Part shown: positions 1 through 8,982 of the stretch, in pieces
How the letters are laid out: each line of letters opens with the position of its first letter
Position numbering within the stretch: position 1 is the stretch's first letter
NCBI GenBank assembly: GCA_963771355.1
Contig: CAVYTA010000006.1
Coordinates: 1,280,001-1,344,000, forward strand
DNA from: an uncultured Candidatus Rokubacteria bacterium
GTDB lineage: Bacteria; Methylomirabilota; Methylomirabilia; Rokubacteriales; CSP1-6
DNA: 64,000 nt
Reading direction: 5' to 3'
Notes under the pieces: generated by a model
Databases searched by the model: none
Told to the model about the DNA's origin: nothing
The model's input: only the letters and a program-made list of their open reading frames with translations
Position numbers and translations under genes: made by a program

Positions 1-294
1 GGTGCGCCTGAGGCGGATCCCGCTCGGGCCGGCGTCTGCGCCTCGGGGAGTCGGGACCGCTGCATCGGCTGGGGCGTCATCCTCTACGCCGCCGGTCCCC
101 TCACCCTCGGCCACGTGCTGTACTACAAGGGCGTGAGCGTCGTGGGCGCCGGCCGCGCCGCCATCTTCATGAACCTGATCCCCTTCCTCGTGATCGGGCT
201 CTCCTGGTTCTTCCTGGGCGAGCGCGTGTACTGGTATCACCTCGTCGGCGCGACCGCAGCCATCGGCGGGGTGGCACTGGCCACCAGCAAATAG
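1..294 (+). CDS. EamA/DMT-family transporter, C-terminal part (partial at window edge)
   Basis: Frame 1 reads ...LYAAGPLTLGHVLYYKGVSVVGAGRAAIFMNLIPFLVIGLSWFFLGERVYWYHLVGATAAIGGVALATSK* (TAG 292-294). This is a typical EamA C-terminal repeat. Not in the ORF track. Confidence 0.8.
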   Translation, partial: GAPEADPARAGVCASGSRDRCIGWGVILYAAGPLTLGHVLYYKGVSVVGAGRAAIFMNLIPFLVIGLSWFFLGERVYWYHLVGATAAIGGVALATSK

Positions 295-490
295 ATCCCG
301 CCGCGACGGGACTACCCGGCCTGGACTCCCCGCCTTCTCGCCTTCCCCGCCCTCTTCCCTACCGATTGGTTCCGGGATGGGCCGCGTGCCGCACTCGCGC
401 GGTAGCCCCGCGCCGTGGCAGCGATCTTGCTCCCCCAAGCGATGAGCGGACTACCGCGGACGCGGAGAACCGCTGAAAAGGAGAGCGACC

Positions 491-955
491 ATGGCGACGA
501 TCGAGCAATCCATCGAGGTCGAGGTGCCCGTGCGCGCCGCCTATAACCAGTGGACCCAGTTCGAGGAGTTCCCGCGCTTCATGGAAGGGGTGATCGAGGT
601 CAAGCAGCTCGATGACACCCACCTCCTCTGGCGCGCGAATGTCGGCGGCAAGGAGAAGGTGTGGCGGGCGCGCATCACCGAGCAGAAGCCGGACGAGCGC
701 ATCGCCTGGCGGAGCGAGGACGGCGCCCACAACGCGGGCGTGGTGACCTTCCACCGCATCTCGGACGGGAAGACGAAGATCATGCTCCAGCTCGAGTATG
801 ACCCCGAGGGCGTGGTCGAGAAGGTCGGCGACGCGGTGGGCGTGGTGTCGGCCCGCGTGAAGGGGGACCTGCAGCGCTTCAAGGAGTTCATCGAGGCGCG
901 CGGCCGCGAGACCGGCGGCTGGCGCGGCTCCGTGCCGGCCGGCAACCGGGCCTGA
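491..955 (+). CDS. SRPBCC/START-fold polyketide cyclase/dehydrase family protein
   Basis: IEQSIEVEVPVRAAYNQWTQFEEFPRFM...ITEQKPDERIAW...GDLQRFKEFIE signature; RBS AAGGAG upstream. Confidence 0.9.
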   Translation: MATIEQSIEVEVPVRAAYNQWTQFEEFPRFMEGVIEVKQLDDTHLLWRANVGGKEKVWRARITEQKPDERIAWRSEDGAHNAGVVTFHRISDGKTKIMLQLEYDPEGVVEKVGDAVGVVSARVKGDLQRFKEFIEARGRETGGWRGSVPAGNRA

Positions 956-1028
956 TTCGCGGCTGACATCGTGGCGGGGCAGGTGGCCGGAAGGCCGCCT
1001 GCCCTGCTGTGCGTCTTGCTGACCTCCG

Positions 1029-2361
1029 CTAGAAGATGAAGGGCGTGGGCAGCGGCGGGCGCCCGAAGGGGCGTCCCGCCCGCACGGTGAGCACCGGCAC
1101 GAGCTTCTTGGTGCCGCTCCGCTTGTTGTTGCGCGTGTCCACGAACTCCACCGGCCCGTCCACGTAGTCGAAGATCGCCACGTCAGCGGGCGCGCCCACC
1201 TGGAGGGTGCCCAGCCCGGGGACCTTGCCAATGATGCCCGCGGGCACCACGGTGGCCTTGGCCACCACGTCCTCGAGCGGCATCCCGAGGGCGAGGAACT
1301 TCGACATGACCCAGGGGAGCGTGGGATAGCCGGGTGTGTTGATGCTCACCGAGTGGATGTCGCTGGAGATCGTGTCGGGCACCATCCCCTGCTGCATGGC
1401 GGGCTCGCAGACGGTGAAGTCGAAGCTCCCGCCGCCATGCCCCACGTCGATGACCACGCCACGTTGCTTCGCCGCTCGGGCCGCCGGAAGGAGCTGGCCG
1501 TTCTGCACCGTGTTGTTCCCTGCCCCGCTATAGGCGTGGGTGAGGACATCGCCCGGGCGCAGGAGATCGAGGAGGTCCGAGAGATTGCCCGGCGCCGAGC
1601 CGATATGGCACATGACGCGCGCCCACTTCCCCGCCATCTCGGCGGCGCGGAGGGCGCGGCGCAGGGGCTCGAGCCCGTTCTGGCCGACCACGGAGTCGGT
1701 GATGCGCACCTTGACGCCGAGCACCAGGTCGGGGTTCTCCGCCACCGCCTTGGCGGCGCCCTCCACGTTGGCGTAGTCGATATTGAGCATCTCGCCGGGG
1801 GCAAGCCCACCCGCCAGGCCGATGCTCGCAATGTGGACGAAGCCGAAGAGGCGGGTGCGCGACTGGGCCACCGCGAGGTGCTTGAAGGCGCCGAAGGTGT
1901 GCCAGCCGCAATCGCCGGCGGATACCGCGGTGGTGGTGGCGGTGATGGGCACCAGCTCGTCGGCGGGCAGCCCCAGGCCCAAGTGCGGCACGAGATGGGT
2001 ATGCAGATCCACCAGGCCGGGTGTCACGAGCTTCCCCGTCGCATCGATCCGCTGCACGCTCCGGACGGGGGCAATGCTGGGCGCGAGCCCGGCGATCTGG
2101 CCGAACCGGATGCCGACGTCCAGGCGGCCGCGGAGGCGCTGGCTGGGGTCCAGCACCTCGCCCCCCGCGATGACGAGGTCGTACTTGAGCGCGGGATCTG
2201 CGGGATTGAAGCCGCGTGGGCGCGGGGGTCATGGCCTGGGCGAGCTGCATCGGGCGTTCTCCCTTGGCGGCCTCGGCGGCGGTGCCGGCAAGCGAAGCCC
2301 CGGCGGCGGCGCCCGCAGCGGCAGAAGTGGAACGGATGAAGTCGCGGCGGGAAAGATCCAT
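1029..2361 (-). CDS. Amidohydrolase/deacetylase (dihydroorotase-like) with Tat signal peptide, split by a single-base frameshift near 2214
   Basis: PGLVDLHTH metal motif, GVKVR, DVGHGGGSF, PDTISSDIH. The N-terminus MDLSRRDFIR (twin-Arg) is in another frame and joins ...GFNPADPALKYDLVIAGGEVLDP if one base is removed. Confidence 0.85.
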
Positions 2362-2370
2362 GGCAACCAC

Positions 2371-2447
2371 CTCGTCGGTGAGGGGCTCGTCGGTGAGGGG
2401 CTCGTCGGTGGCAGGGCTCGCCGGTGAGGAGCCTCGTCGGTGAGAGG
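2371..2447 (-). repeat. Five tandem 15-16 nt units (consensus CCCCTCACCGACGAG on the minus strand), mostly CTC-hexaloop-GAG hairpins
   Basis: Plus strand reads ctcgtcggtgagggg x2, ctcgtcggtggcaggg, ctcgccggtgaggagc, ctcgtcggtgagagg. Confidence 0.9.
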
Positions 2448-2455
2448 GCGAACGG

Positions 2456-2956
2456 TCAGCGCCGGGGCGCGACCTTGGCTGGCTTGGCGGGCTTGGCCTT
2501 GTCGCCTTCCTTGATGAGCCCCTTCACCTCGTCCATGAACTGCGAGATGTCCTTGAACTGGCGGTAGACGGAGGCGAAGCGCACGTAGGCGACCTGGTCG
2601 AGCTTCTGGAGATGCTCCATCACCACCTCGCCCAGCTCCTTGGAGGTGATCTCCTTCTCGGCCCGCTCGTGTAGCTTGGTCTCGATCTCGGCCACCACGT
2701 CGTCCACCGCCTGCACGCCCACCGAGCGCTTCTCGCACGCCTTGAGGATGGACCCGCGGAGCTTCTGCCGGTCGAAGGGCTCGCGCCGGTTGTCACGCTT
2801 GACCACGTGCGGGAGCACGTCCTCGATGTACTCGTAGGTCGTGTAGCGGCGGTGGCACTTGAGGCACTCGCGGCGGCGGCGGATGAACTCCCCGTCGCGC
2901 CCCACGCGGGAGTCCACCACGCGGTCTTCGGTGTGGCCGCAGAAGGGACATTTCAT
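2456..2956 (-). CDS. nrdR: Transcriptional repressor NrdR
   Basis: MKCPFCG...VVDSR...[17 protein letters not shown] zinc ribbon, ATP cone, [10 protein letters not shown]. Confidence 0.97.
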   Translation of the reverse strand: MKCPFCGHTEDRVVDSRVGRDGEFIRRRRECLKCHRRYTTYEYIEDVLPHVVKRDNRREPFDRQKLRGSILKACEKRSVGVQAVDDVVAEIETKLHERAEKEITSKELGEVVMEHLQKLDQVAYVRFASVYRQFKDISQFMDEVKGLIKEGDKAKPAKPAKVAPRR

Positions 2957-4206
2957 GGGCGGAGCCGCTCCGGGTAGAGGGGGAACCGCGACGTGAGCTC
3001 CTGCACCTCCGCGCGCACGGCGGCCTCGGTGGCGGCATCGCCGAGCTTGCTGAGAACGCGGTCGATGACTTCCGCGATCTGCGCCATCTCGGCCTCCTTC
3101 ATGCCACGCGTGGTGACGGCGGGGGTGCCGAGGCGGATCCCGCTCGTGACCATGGGCCCCCTGGTGTCGAAGGGAATGCCGTTCTTGTTCGTGGTGATCC
3201 AGGCACGATCGAGCGCCTCCTGCGCGTCCTTGCCGGTGACGCCCCGGGGCGTGAGGTCCACGAGGAGGAGATGGGTGTCGGTGCCGCCCGAGACCAGGCG
3301 GAAGCCGCGCGCGAGCATGGCCTCGGCCAGGGCCTTGGCGTTCTTGACGATCTGGCCCTGATAGGCGCGCCAGGCCGGCGTCTGCGCCTCGCGGAAGGCC
3401 ACCGCCTTGGCCGCGATCACGTGCATGAGCGGCCCGCCCTGGATGCCGGGCAGCACCACGCGGTCGAGGTCCTTGGCATGCGCGGCGCGGCACATCACCA
3501 TGCCGCCGCGGGGACCGCGCAGGGTCTTGTGCGTGGTGGTGGTCACGAAGTCCGCATAGGGCACCGGCGAGGGGTGCAGCCCCGCCGCCACCAGACCGGC
3601 GGGGTGCGCGATGTCGGCCATGAAGGCCGCGCCCACCTCGTCGGCGATCTCGCGGAAGGGCTTGAACTCGATGGCGCGCGGGAAGGCCGAGCCGCCGGCG
3701 ATGATGAGCTTGGGCCGGTGCTGCCGCGCGAGGTCGCGCACCTGGTCCATGTCGATGCGCTCGGTGTCCTTCCGGACCCCGTAGGGGACGATCGTGTAGA
3801 GCTTGCCCGAGAAGTTCATCGGGCTCCCCGCCGTCAGGTGGCCGCCGTGGGAGAGATTCGGGCCCAGTACGGTGTCGCCCGGCTTGAGCAGGGTGAGATA
3901 CACCGCCATGTTCGCCTGCGAGCCCGAGTGCGGCTGCACGTTGACGTGCTCGGCCCCGAAGAGCTCCTTGCCGCGGGCGATGGCCAGCTCCTCGGCGATG
4001 TCCACCATCTCGCAGCCGCCGTAGTAGCGCTTGCCCGGATAGCCCTCGGCGTACTTGTTGGTGAGGACGGAGCCCACCGCTTCCAGCACCGCTTCGGAGA
4101 CGAAGTTCTCGGAGGCGATCAGCTCGAGGTTGCGGGCCTGCCGCTCGGTCTCGCCGCGGATCGCCTTGGCGATCTCGGGGTCCACCTGCTCGAGATGGCC
4201 GGGCAT
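2953..4206 (-). CDS. glyA: Serine hydroxymethyltransferase
   Basis: [39 protein letters not shown]. Confidence 0.98.
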   Translation of the reverse strand: MPGHLEQVDPEIAKAIRGETERQARNLELIASENFVSEAVLEAVGSVLTNKYAEGYPGKRYYGGCEMVDIAEELAIARGKELFGAEHVNVQPHSGSQANMAVYLTLLKPGDTVLGPNLSHGGHLTAGSPMNFSGKLYTIVPYGVRKDTERIDMDQVRDLARQHRPKLIIAGGSAFPRAIEFKPFREIADEVGAAFMADIAHPAGLVAAGLHPSPVPYADFVTTTTHKTLRGPRGGMVMCRAAHAKDLDRVVLPGIQGGPLMHVIAAKAVAFREAQTPAWRAYQGQIVKNAKALAEAMLARGFRLVSGGTDTHLLLVDLTPRGVTGKDAQEALDRAWITTNKNGIPFDTRGPMVTSGIRLGTPAVTTRGMKEAEMAQIAEVIDRVLSKLGDAATEAAVRAEVQELTSRFPLYPERLRP

Positions 4207-4214
4207 GGCGCGCC

Positions 4215-4679
4215 CTAGCGGCAGCCGTCCGCGTGGAGGCGCTGCTCCAGCGCGGTGATCTTCCCCACCCGGCGCGCGTGCCGGTCGCCCGCGAAGGTGG
4301 AGTCGAGCCAGATCTGGAGGATCTCGCGCGCGAGGTCCCGGCCGGTGAGGCGCGCGCCCAGGCAGAGCACGTTCACGTCGTTGTGCTCGCGGCTCACCCG
4401 CGCGGTGAAGGTGTCGCCGCAGACCGCGGCCCGCACGCCCGGCATCTTGTTGGCGGCGATGGCCATGCCGATGCCGGTGCCGCAAACCAGCACGCCATGG
4501 TCCACCTTGCCCACCGCCACCGCCTCCGCGACCTGGGCCGCGTAGTCGGGATAGTCGACGGAGTCGGGGGCGTGCGTGCCGAAGTCGAGCACCTGATGAC
4601 CCTGGTCGATGAGCCAGGCCTTGAGCGCTTCCTTGAGCTCCCAGCCGGCGTGATCGGCGCCCAGCGCCACGGCCACCAT
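4215..4679 (-). CDS. rpiB: Ribose-5-phosphate isomerase B
   Basis: [31 protein letters not shown]. Confidence 0.96.
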   Translation of the reverse strand: MVAVALGADHAGWELKEALKAWLIDQGHQVLDFGTHAPDSVDYPDYAAQVAEAVAVGKVDHGVLVCGTGIGMAIAANKMPGVRAAVCGDTFTARVSREHNDVNVLCLGARLTGRDLAREILQIWLDSTFAGDRHARRVGKITALEQRLHADGCR

Positions 4680-4686
4680 GGCGGCC

Positions 4687-4716
4687 ACCTTACGCTCCGT
4701 CGGGGTGTAGTGTCAA
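4687..4716 (-). promoter_or_regulatory. Sigma70-type promoter for rpiB-glyA-nrdR, probably leaderless
   Basis: TTGACA-18 nt-TAAGGT; the rpiB ATG lies 7 nt after the -10 box. Confidence 0.7.
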
Positions 4717-4723
4717 GGAGCCG

Positions 4724-6103
4724 CTAGATATGGTGTTTCCGGTCCTCTTCGGTGCCGTCGAGCACGGACTCGGGCACGAGGCGCACGAGGGCCTCGAACT
4801 CTTCGGCGAGGCCGCGGCGCCGTGCCACGAGGAAGGGGCGAAGGTCGCGCCGGGTGAGCAAGTGCACGAGGGCGCGAGTCTCGCGGGCGACGCGCGCGAG
4901 GCGTTCCTTCCAGCCCAGCGCGAGCAGTCCCGAGGGAACCAGGGCGATCAGAAAGAAGCCAAGCAGCGGCCACCCGCCCAGGCGCCACGCCAGCCAGCCC
5001 TCGGCGACCCAGCAGAGCGGGAACACCACCATCCCCAGGACGAGCTTGTAAGTAGCCTCCGCGTCGCCGTCCGGCTGCGCCAGCCGGACCAGCCAGCCGT
5101 TGATGCGGTAGGGGACCGAGTGGACCGCGAGCCCCCAGAGCGCTCCCGGGAGGCCGAGCAGGAGGGCCAGCGATTGGCGGAGCGCGTAGCGCAGGGCCGC
5201 CGCGCGCGAGGGCGGCGCGTTGAGCCGGCGCTCGCCGAGCCCGCTCCGCTGGCGCAGCGCCGCGTAGTGAGCCACCTCCCGGCGCAGCGCCTCGATCCGC
5301 TCGGGCTCGCGCGCCCGGAGCCAGCGATAGGCGCGCACCGCCCGCCGGCGCCACTCCGCGCTCGCCTCGGCGTCCGCCGCGGGGACACCCGCCTCCGCGC
5401 GCCAGATCGATTCCGCGAGGTGGAGCAGCCGGAGCGTGTCGCGGTCGCCCGCCTCGACGATGAGGGCGCCGAGCGCGTCCTCCAGCCGCTCCGTGAGGGC
5501 GCGCACTGTCGCCTCCGGCTCCGCCGCGTAGCGGGCGGGCGCCTCCCCGAGCCGCAGGGGCTCGCCGACCAGCACGTGCGCCCAGCCGCTGCGAAAGGTG
5601 CCGGGCTCGTTGAAGAGGAGCCCGACCGGTAGGACGGTGGTGTCGAGGGGGCGGCCGAGCGCCGCCTCTGCGCCGAGCAGGAGCCGCGCGGCGCCGGAGC
5701 GAAGGGGCTGGAGCGTCGGCTCGGGCTGGCTCTTGCCCTCGGGAAAGATGAGGATGGCCCCACCCTCCGCCAGCGTGCGGCCCGCCGTCTCGAACATGCG
5801 CGTGTTCTCCACCGTGGTGGTGCCGGTGTCCTGGCGCCGGACGACGGGGATGGCGCCCAGCAGGCGGAGAAAGGGCCCGATCAGCGGATTGGAGAAGAGC
5901 GGGGCCTTGACGAGCGGCCGGAGCCGGCGAGGCATGACCGCCAGGAGCAGCATGCCGTCCACCAGCGCGTTCTGGTGATTGGCGAGGACGAGCAACGGAC
6001 CGTCGGGCGGAATGCGCTCCGCGCCCACCACTTCTACCCGGCGATAGAACAATCTGAGGAGCGCGCGCGAGAGCGCCCGGACCAGCCGATACCCCAGCGG
6101 CAT
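4724..6103 (-). CDS. Lysophospholipid/glycerol acyltransferase (PlsC-like) with C-terminal membrane helices
   Basis: NHQNALVD (HxxxxD) and IFPEG motifs; hydrophobic C-terminal segments. Confidence 0.88.
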   Translation of the reverse strand: MPLGYRLVRALSRALLRLFYRRVEVVGAERIPPDGPLLVLANHQNALVDGMLLLAVMPRRLRPLVKAPLFSNPLIGPFLRLLGAIPVVRRQDTGTTTVENTRMFETAGRTLAEGGAILIFPEGKSQPEPTLQPLRSGAARLLLGAEAALGRPLDTTVLPVGLLFNEPGTFRSGWAHVLVGEPLRLGEAPARYAAEPEATVRALTERLEDALGALIVEAGDRDTLRLLHLAESIWRAEAGVPAADAEASAEWRRRAVRAYRWLRAREPERIEALRREVAHYAALRQRSGLGERRLNAPPSRAAALRYALRQSLALLLGLPGALWGLAVHSVPYRINGWLVRLAQPDGDAEATYKLVLGMVVFPLCWVAEGWLAWRLGGWPLLGFFLIALVPSGLLALGWKERLARVARETRALVHLLTRRDLRPFLVARRRGLAEEFEALVRLVPESVLDGTEEDRKHHI

Positions 6104-6133
6104 GTCCCCGCGTCTCCCGAAGGTGTCAGACCG

Positions 6134-6217
6134 TTACCCGCTGGCCGTCGCGCGCAGGAGATGCCGGGAGCCGGTGACGGTGCCGGCGGCGCCCAGAAAG
6201 CTCAGGTCGACGCTCAC
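6134..6217 (-). pseudogene. 27-codon N-terminal remnant of an MBL-fold beta-CASP ribonuclease
   Basis: GTG overlaps the thiI stop (GTGA); reads VSVDLSFLGAAGTVTGSRHLLRATASG*. FLGAAGTVTGS is the characteristic first motif of YSH1-like beta-CASP nucleases. Confidence 0.7.
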
Positions 6218-7434
6218 CGGCGGCCGGCGCCCCCGCGCGCGGCGGCGGAGGGGGGTCGCATGGGGCCCGCCCCCGGGGGCGAGTCGAAGGTCTCGAGCTC
6301 GGCGCCCGTCACCCCCATCGCCACCAGGCCGGCGACGTCCAGGCGGCTCTCCACCGCGTCGATCTCCTCGCGGCTGGCGCGGGTGCCGGGGTTCTTCGGC
6401 ACGAAGAGCGTGCAGCAGTCGGCATCCGGCTCGATGGAGATCCCGAAAGTGCCGATGGCCTCGGCCTGGGCGGTGATCTCGAGCTTGTCCATGCCGATGA
6501 GCGGCCGCAGCACCGGGAGGTCGGCCACCTCGTCCACGCGGGCGAGGTTGTGCAGCGTCTGCGAGGCCACCTGCCCCACGCTCTCGCCGGTGACCAGCGC
6601 CAGCGCGCCGCTGCTCCGCCCGATGACTTCCGCGATGCGGAGCATCAGGCGCCGGTAGACCACCACGCGCAGCGGCCCCGGCACCGCCAGCACCACCGCG
6701 CGCTGGATCTCGCCGAAGGGCACCAGGTAGAGGCGGGACACGTACTGCCACGCGGTGAGCCGCTCCACCAGGGCGCGCGCCTTGCCCCGCGAGATGTCGG
6801 GCAGGTACGGCACGCTGTGGAAGTGCACGAAGGTCACGCGACAGCCCCGCTTCATCAGCCGCCACGCCGCCACCGGGGAGTCGATGCCGCCGGAGAGCAG
6901 CGCCGCCACCATGCCGCTGGAGCCCACCGGGAGGCCGCCGGGGCCCGGCCGGCGGTCGCCGTAGACGAAAGCCTGGCCCGGCAGCACCTCGACGTGGACG
7001 TTCAGCTCGGGATGCTCGAGGCTCACCCGCGCGGGATGCCGGGCGAGCACGTGGGCGCCCAGCTCGCGATTCATCTCCAGCGAGGAGAGCGGCGAGGTCT
7101 TGAAGGCCCGCCGCGCGGTGATGCGGAAGGACTCGAAGCGCCGGCCCTCGGTGGCGCGATCCACCGCCCGCTTCAGCGCGTCCATGTCGGGGGAGGTGCG
7201 CTCGGCGAGGGCGAAGTTGGCCACCCCGAACACGCGGCCGATCCGGTCGGCGATGGCGCCGGCGTCGAGATCGCCGTCGAGGCGCAGCACGATGCGGCCC
7301 GGTAGCTGCTCCACGCGCGCGGGGCCGAGGTCGCCGACGGCGCGCAAGAGATTCTCCTGGAGCCGGCGCAGGAAGACCGGCCGGTTGCCGCGCTTGAGGC
7401 TGATCTCGTGGTAGTGCACGACCACGGTGTGCAT
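6214..7434 (-). CDS. thiI: tRNA 4-thiouridine synthase ThiI (no rhodanese domain)
   Basis: HYHEISLKRGNR, THUMP domain, LLSGGIDSPVA PP-loop, GESVGQVASQT, DCC. Confidence 0.96.
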   Translation of the reverse strand: MHTVVVHYHEISLKRGNRPVFLRRLQENLLRAVGDLGPARVEQLPGRIVLRLDGDLDAGAIADRIGRVFGVANFALAERTSPDMDALKRAVDRATEGRRFESFRITARRAFKTSPLSSLEMNRELGAHVLARHPARVSLEHPELNVHVEVLPGQAFVYGDRRPGPGGLPVGSSGMVAALLSGGIDSPVAAWRLMKRGCRVTFVHFHSVPYLPDISRGKARALVERLTAWQYVSRLYLVPFGEIQRAVVLAVPGPLRVVVYRRLMLRIAEVIGRSSGALALVTGESVGQVASQTLHNLARVDEVADLPVLRPLIGMDKLEITAQAEAIGTFGISIEPDADCCTLFVPKNPGTRASREEIDAVESRLDVAGLVAMGVTGAELETFDSPPGAGPMRPPSAAARGGAGRR

Positions 7435-7565
7435 CACGCGCTCTCGCCGGCTCGGGGGTGCTTGGGCCGGCGCCGGTATACGGTCTTGGGCACCTCGACC
7501 TTGGGGGGCTTGCGGGGCATCGGCTTGCGCACGCGCGCGTGGAGCGGCTTCTTCTTCTTCGGCAT
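7434..7565 (-). CDS. Small basic protein, 43 aa, with an ArfA-like YxRxxKH motif
   Basis: MPKKKKPLHARVRKPMPRKPPKVEVPKTVYRRRPKHPRAGESA*. Fills the gap between two genes, has GGGGA before the ATG, a TGATG overlap with thiI, and host-like G/C third codon positions. Confidence 0.75.
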   Translation of the reverse strand: MPKKKKPLHARVRKPMPRKPPKVEVPKTVYRRRPKHPRAGESA

Positions 7566-7572
7566 GTCCCCG

Positions 7573-8382
7573 CTAGTATAGCCCTCCGGGGAACGTGTTC
7601 ACGCCCGCGTGGCGGCCGGCCGCCTTGTACATCTTGACGCCGCCCCAGGCATGGCCCGACACGCCGTCGTGCAGCGCCCAGCTCCGGCCGCGCACGGTGA
7701 GCCCGGCCCCGGGGGCGCGGAACGGCGTGGCGCCGTCGAGGCCCCGGGTGAGGGTGCCCGTCTGCGAGAACTGCTCGTGGATGAGCTCCATGATCTCCCG
7801 GCCCATGATGTAGCCACAGCCGCGCCGCTCGTAGAGGATGGCGGAGTGGTAGAAGAGCGGGTCGATGAGATAGAGGTCCTTGCCGATGATCCCGCAGAAG
7901 GCCTCCATGCACTGGAGCACCCGGGCGAGCATCCCCAGGCCCCGGCGCACCTGGCCCGGCGCCAGCCCGTCCCGCATCGCGCGCGCCTCCTCGTCCAGGT
8001 TGCGGGACGCGGTGCCGAACAGCGTGTCCCGCCCGCCCGCGTCGCGGTCGATGCCGTAGCGAGGGGCGGCGGGGTCGTTGATCTGGACGAAGGCCAGCTC
8101 CGGCACCGACATCGCCGACATCTCCACGTCGATCAGGAGCATGGGATCGGGATCGCCCGGCGCCGCGCGCACTTCCACACGCGCCCAGGGCCGGTCCTCG
8201 GGCGCGGTGACGCGGACCAGCCGGGCGCCGTCGGGCCGGCACAGCGTGCTGGGGCTGATCTCGAGGCGGCGCTGCAGCTCGCCGGGCACCAGCCGGAGGT
8301 AGAGCGTCTCCGCCATCTCGCGGGGCAGCGCGTTGATCTCCTGGATCGACGTCAGCCCCAGCCCCGCCGCGCGCGCGTCCAT
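7573..8382 (-). CDS. Conserved-looking hypothetical protein (possibly GNAT-like)
   Basis: 269 aa, coupled to mobA; motifs NDP..PRYGID, GLAPGQVRRG, PLFYHSAILYERRG, RGRSWALHDG. Confidence 0.75.
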   Translation of the reverse strand: MDARAAGLGLTSIQEINALPREMAETLYLRLVPGELQRRLEISPSTLCRPDGARLVRVTAPEDRPWARVEVRAAPGDPDPMLLIDVEMSAMSVPELAFVQINDPAAPRYGIDRDAGGRDTLFGTASRNLDEEARAMRDGLAPGQVRRGLGMLARVLQCMEAFCGIIGKDLYLIDPLFYHSAILYERRGCGYIMGREIMELIHEQFSQTGTLTRGLDGATPFRAPGAGLTVRGRSWALHDGVSGHAWGGVKMYKAAGRHAGVNTFPGGLY

Positions 8383-8982
8383 CTAGCCGGCCGCCACCAG
8401 CGCGCGGGCGCGCGCCAGCTCCTCGGGCGTGTTGACGTTCATGAACACCCGGGCGGGATCGGCCAGCCGCGCGATCTCCGCCTCCGGGATCGCGAGCACG
8501 CGCACCTCGTCGAAGAAGCCGGTGATCTTCAGCCGGCCCTCGCGCAGCCGCCGCTCCATGGGGCCGAGGCACGCCTTGGCGTAGCAGGCGTGGAGGGTCT
8601 CCCACTGCTCGCCCACGCGCGGCACCACCACGTCCGCCTCCGGCGCGCGCGCGGTCACCAGGCGGGCCACCGCCGGCGAGATGAACGGCATGTCGCAGGC
8701 CACCGTGAAGGCGACGTCGCCCGGGGCGGCGTGCAGCCCCGAGTAGATGCCGCCGAGGGAGCCGCCGTCGGGAAAGACGTCGGGGATCATGGGCAGGCCC
8801 AGGAAGTGATAGAGCTCGGGCGTATTGGTCACCAGCAGCACCGGATCGGCGACGCCGCGGAGGACGTCGAGGACGCGCTCGATGATGCGGCGGCCGCCCA
8901 GCTCGAGCAGCGCCTTGGGCGCCCCGCCCATCCGCGTGCTCTTGCCGCCCGCCTGGATGACGCCGGTGATGGCGACGGTCAC
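8383..8982 (-). CDS. mobA: Molybdenum cofactor guanylyltransferase
   Basis: QAGGKSTRMGG.PKALL, GSLGGI, VACDMPF, FMNVNTPEEL. Confidence 0.92.
   Translation of the reverse strand: MTVAITGVIQAGGKSTRMGGAPKALLELGGRRIIERVLDVLRGVADPVLLVTNTPELYHFLGLPMIPDVFPDGGSLGGIYSGLHAAPGDVAFTVACDMPFISPAVARLVTARAPEADVVVPRVGEQWETLHACYAKACLGPMERRLREGRLKITGFFDEVRVLAIPEAEIARLADPARVFMNVNTPEELARARALVAAG

Noticed and set aside
2371..2447. Repeat array as a CRISPR
   Set aside because: Units are 15-16 nt and contiguous, with no unique spacers and no cas genes.
6134..8605. 823-aa ORF and many other long Arg/Pro/Gly-rich alternative-frame or antisense ORFs
   Set aside because: Shadow ORFs typical of very high GC DNA, overlapping well-identified genes. 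Only the last 27 codons of this one look meaningful.
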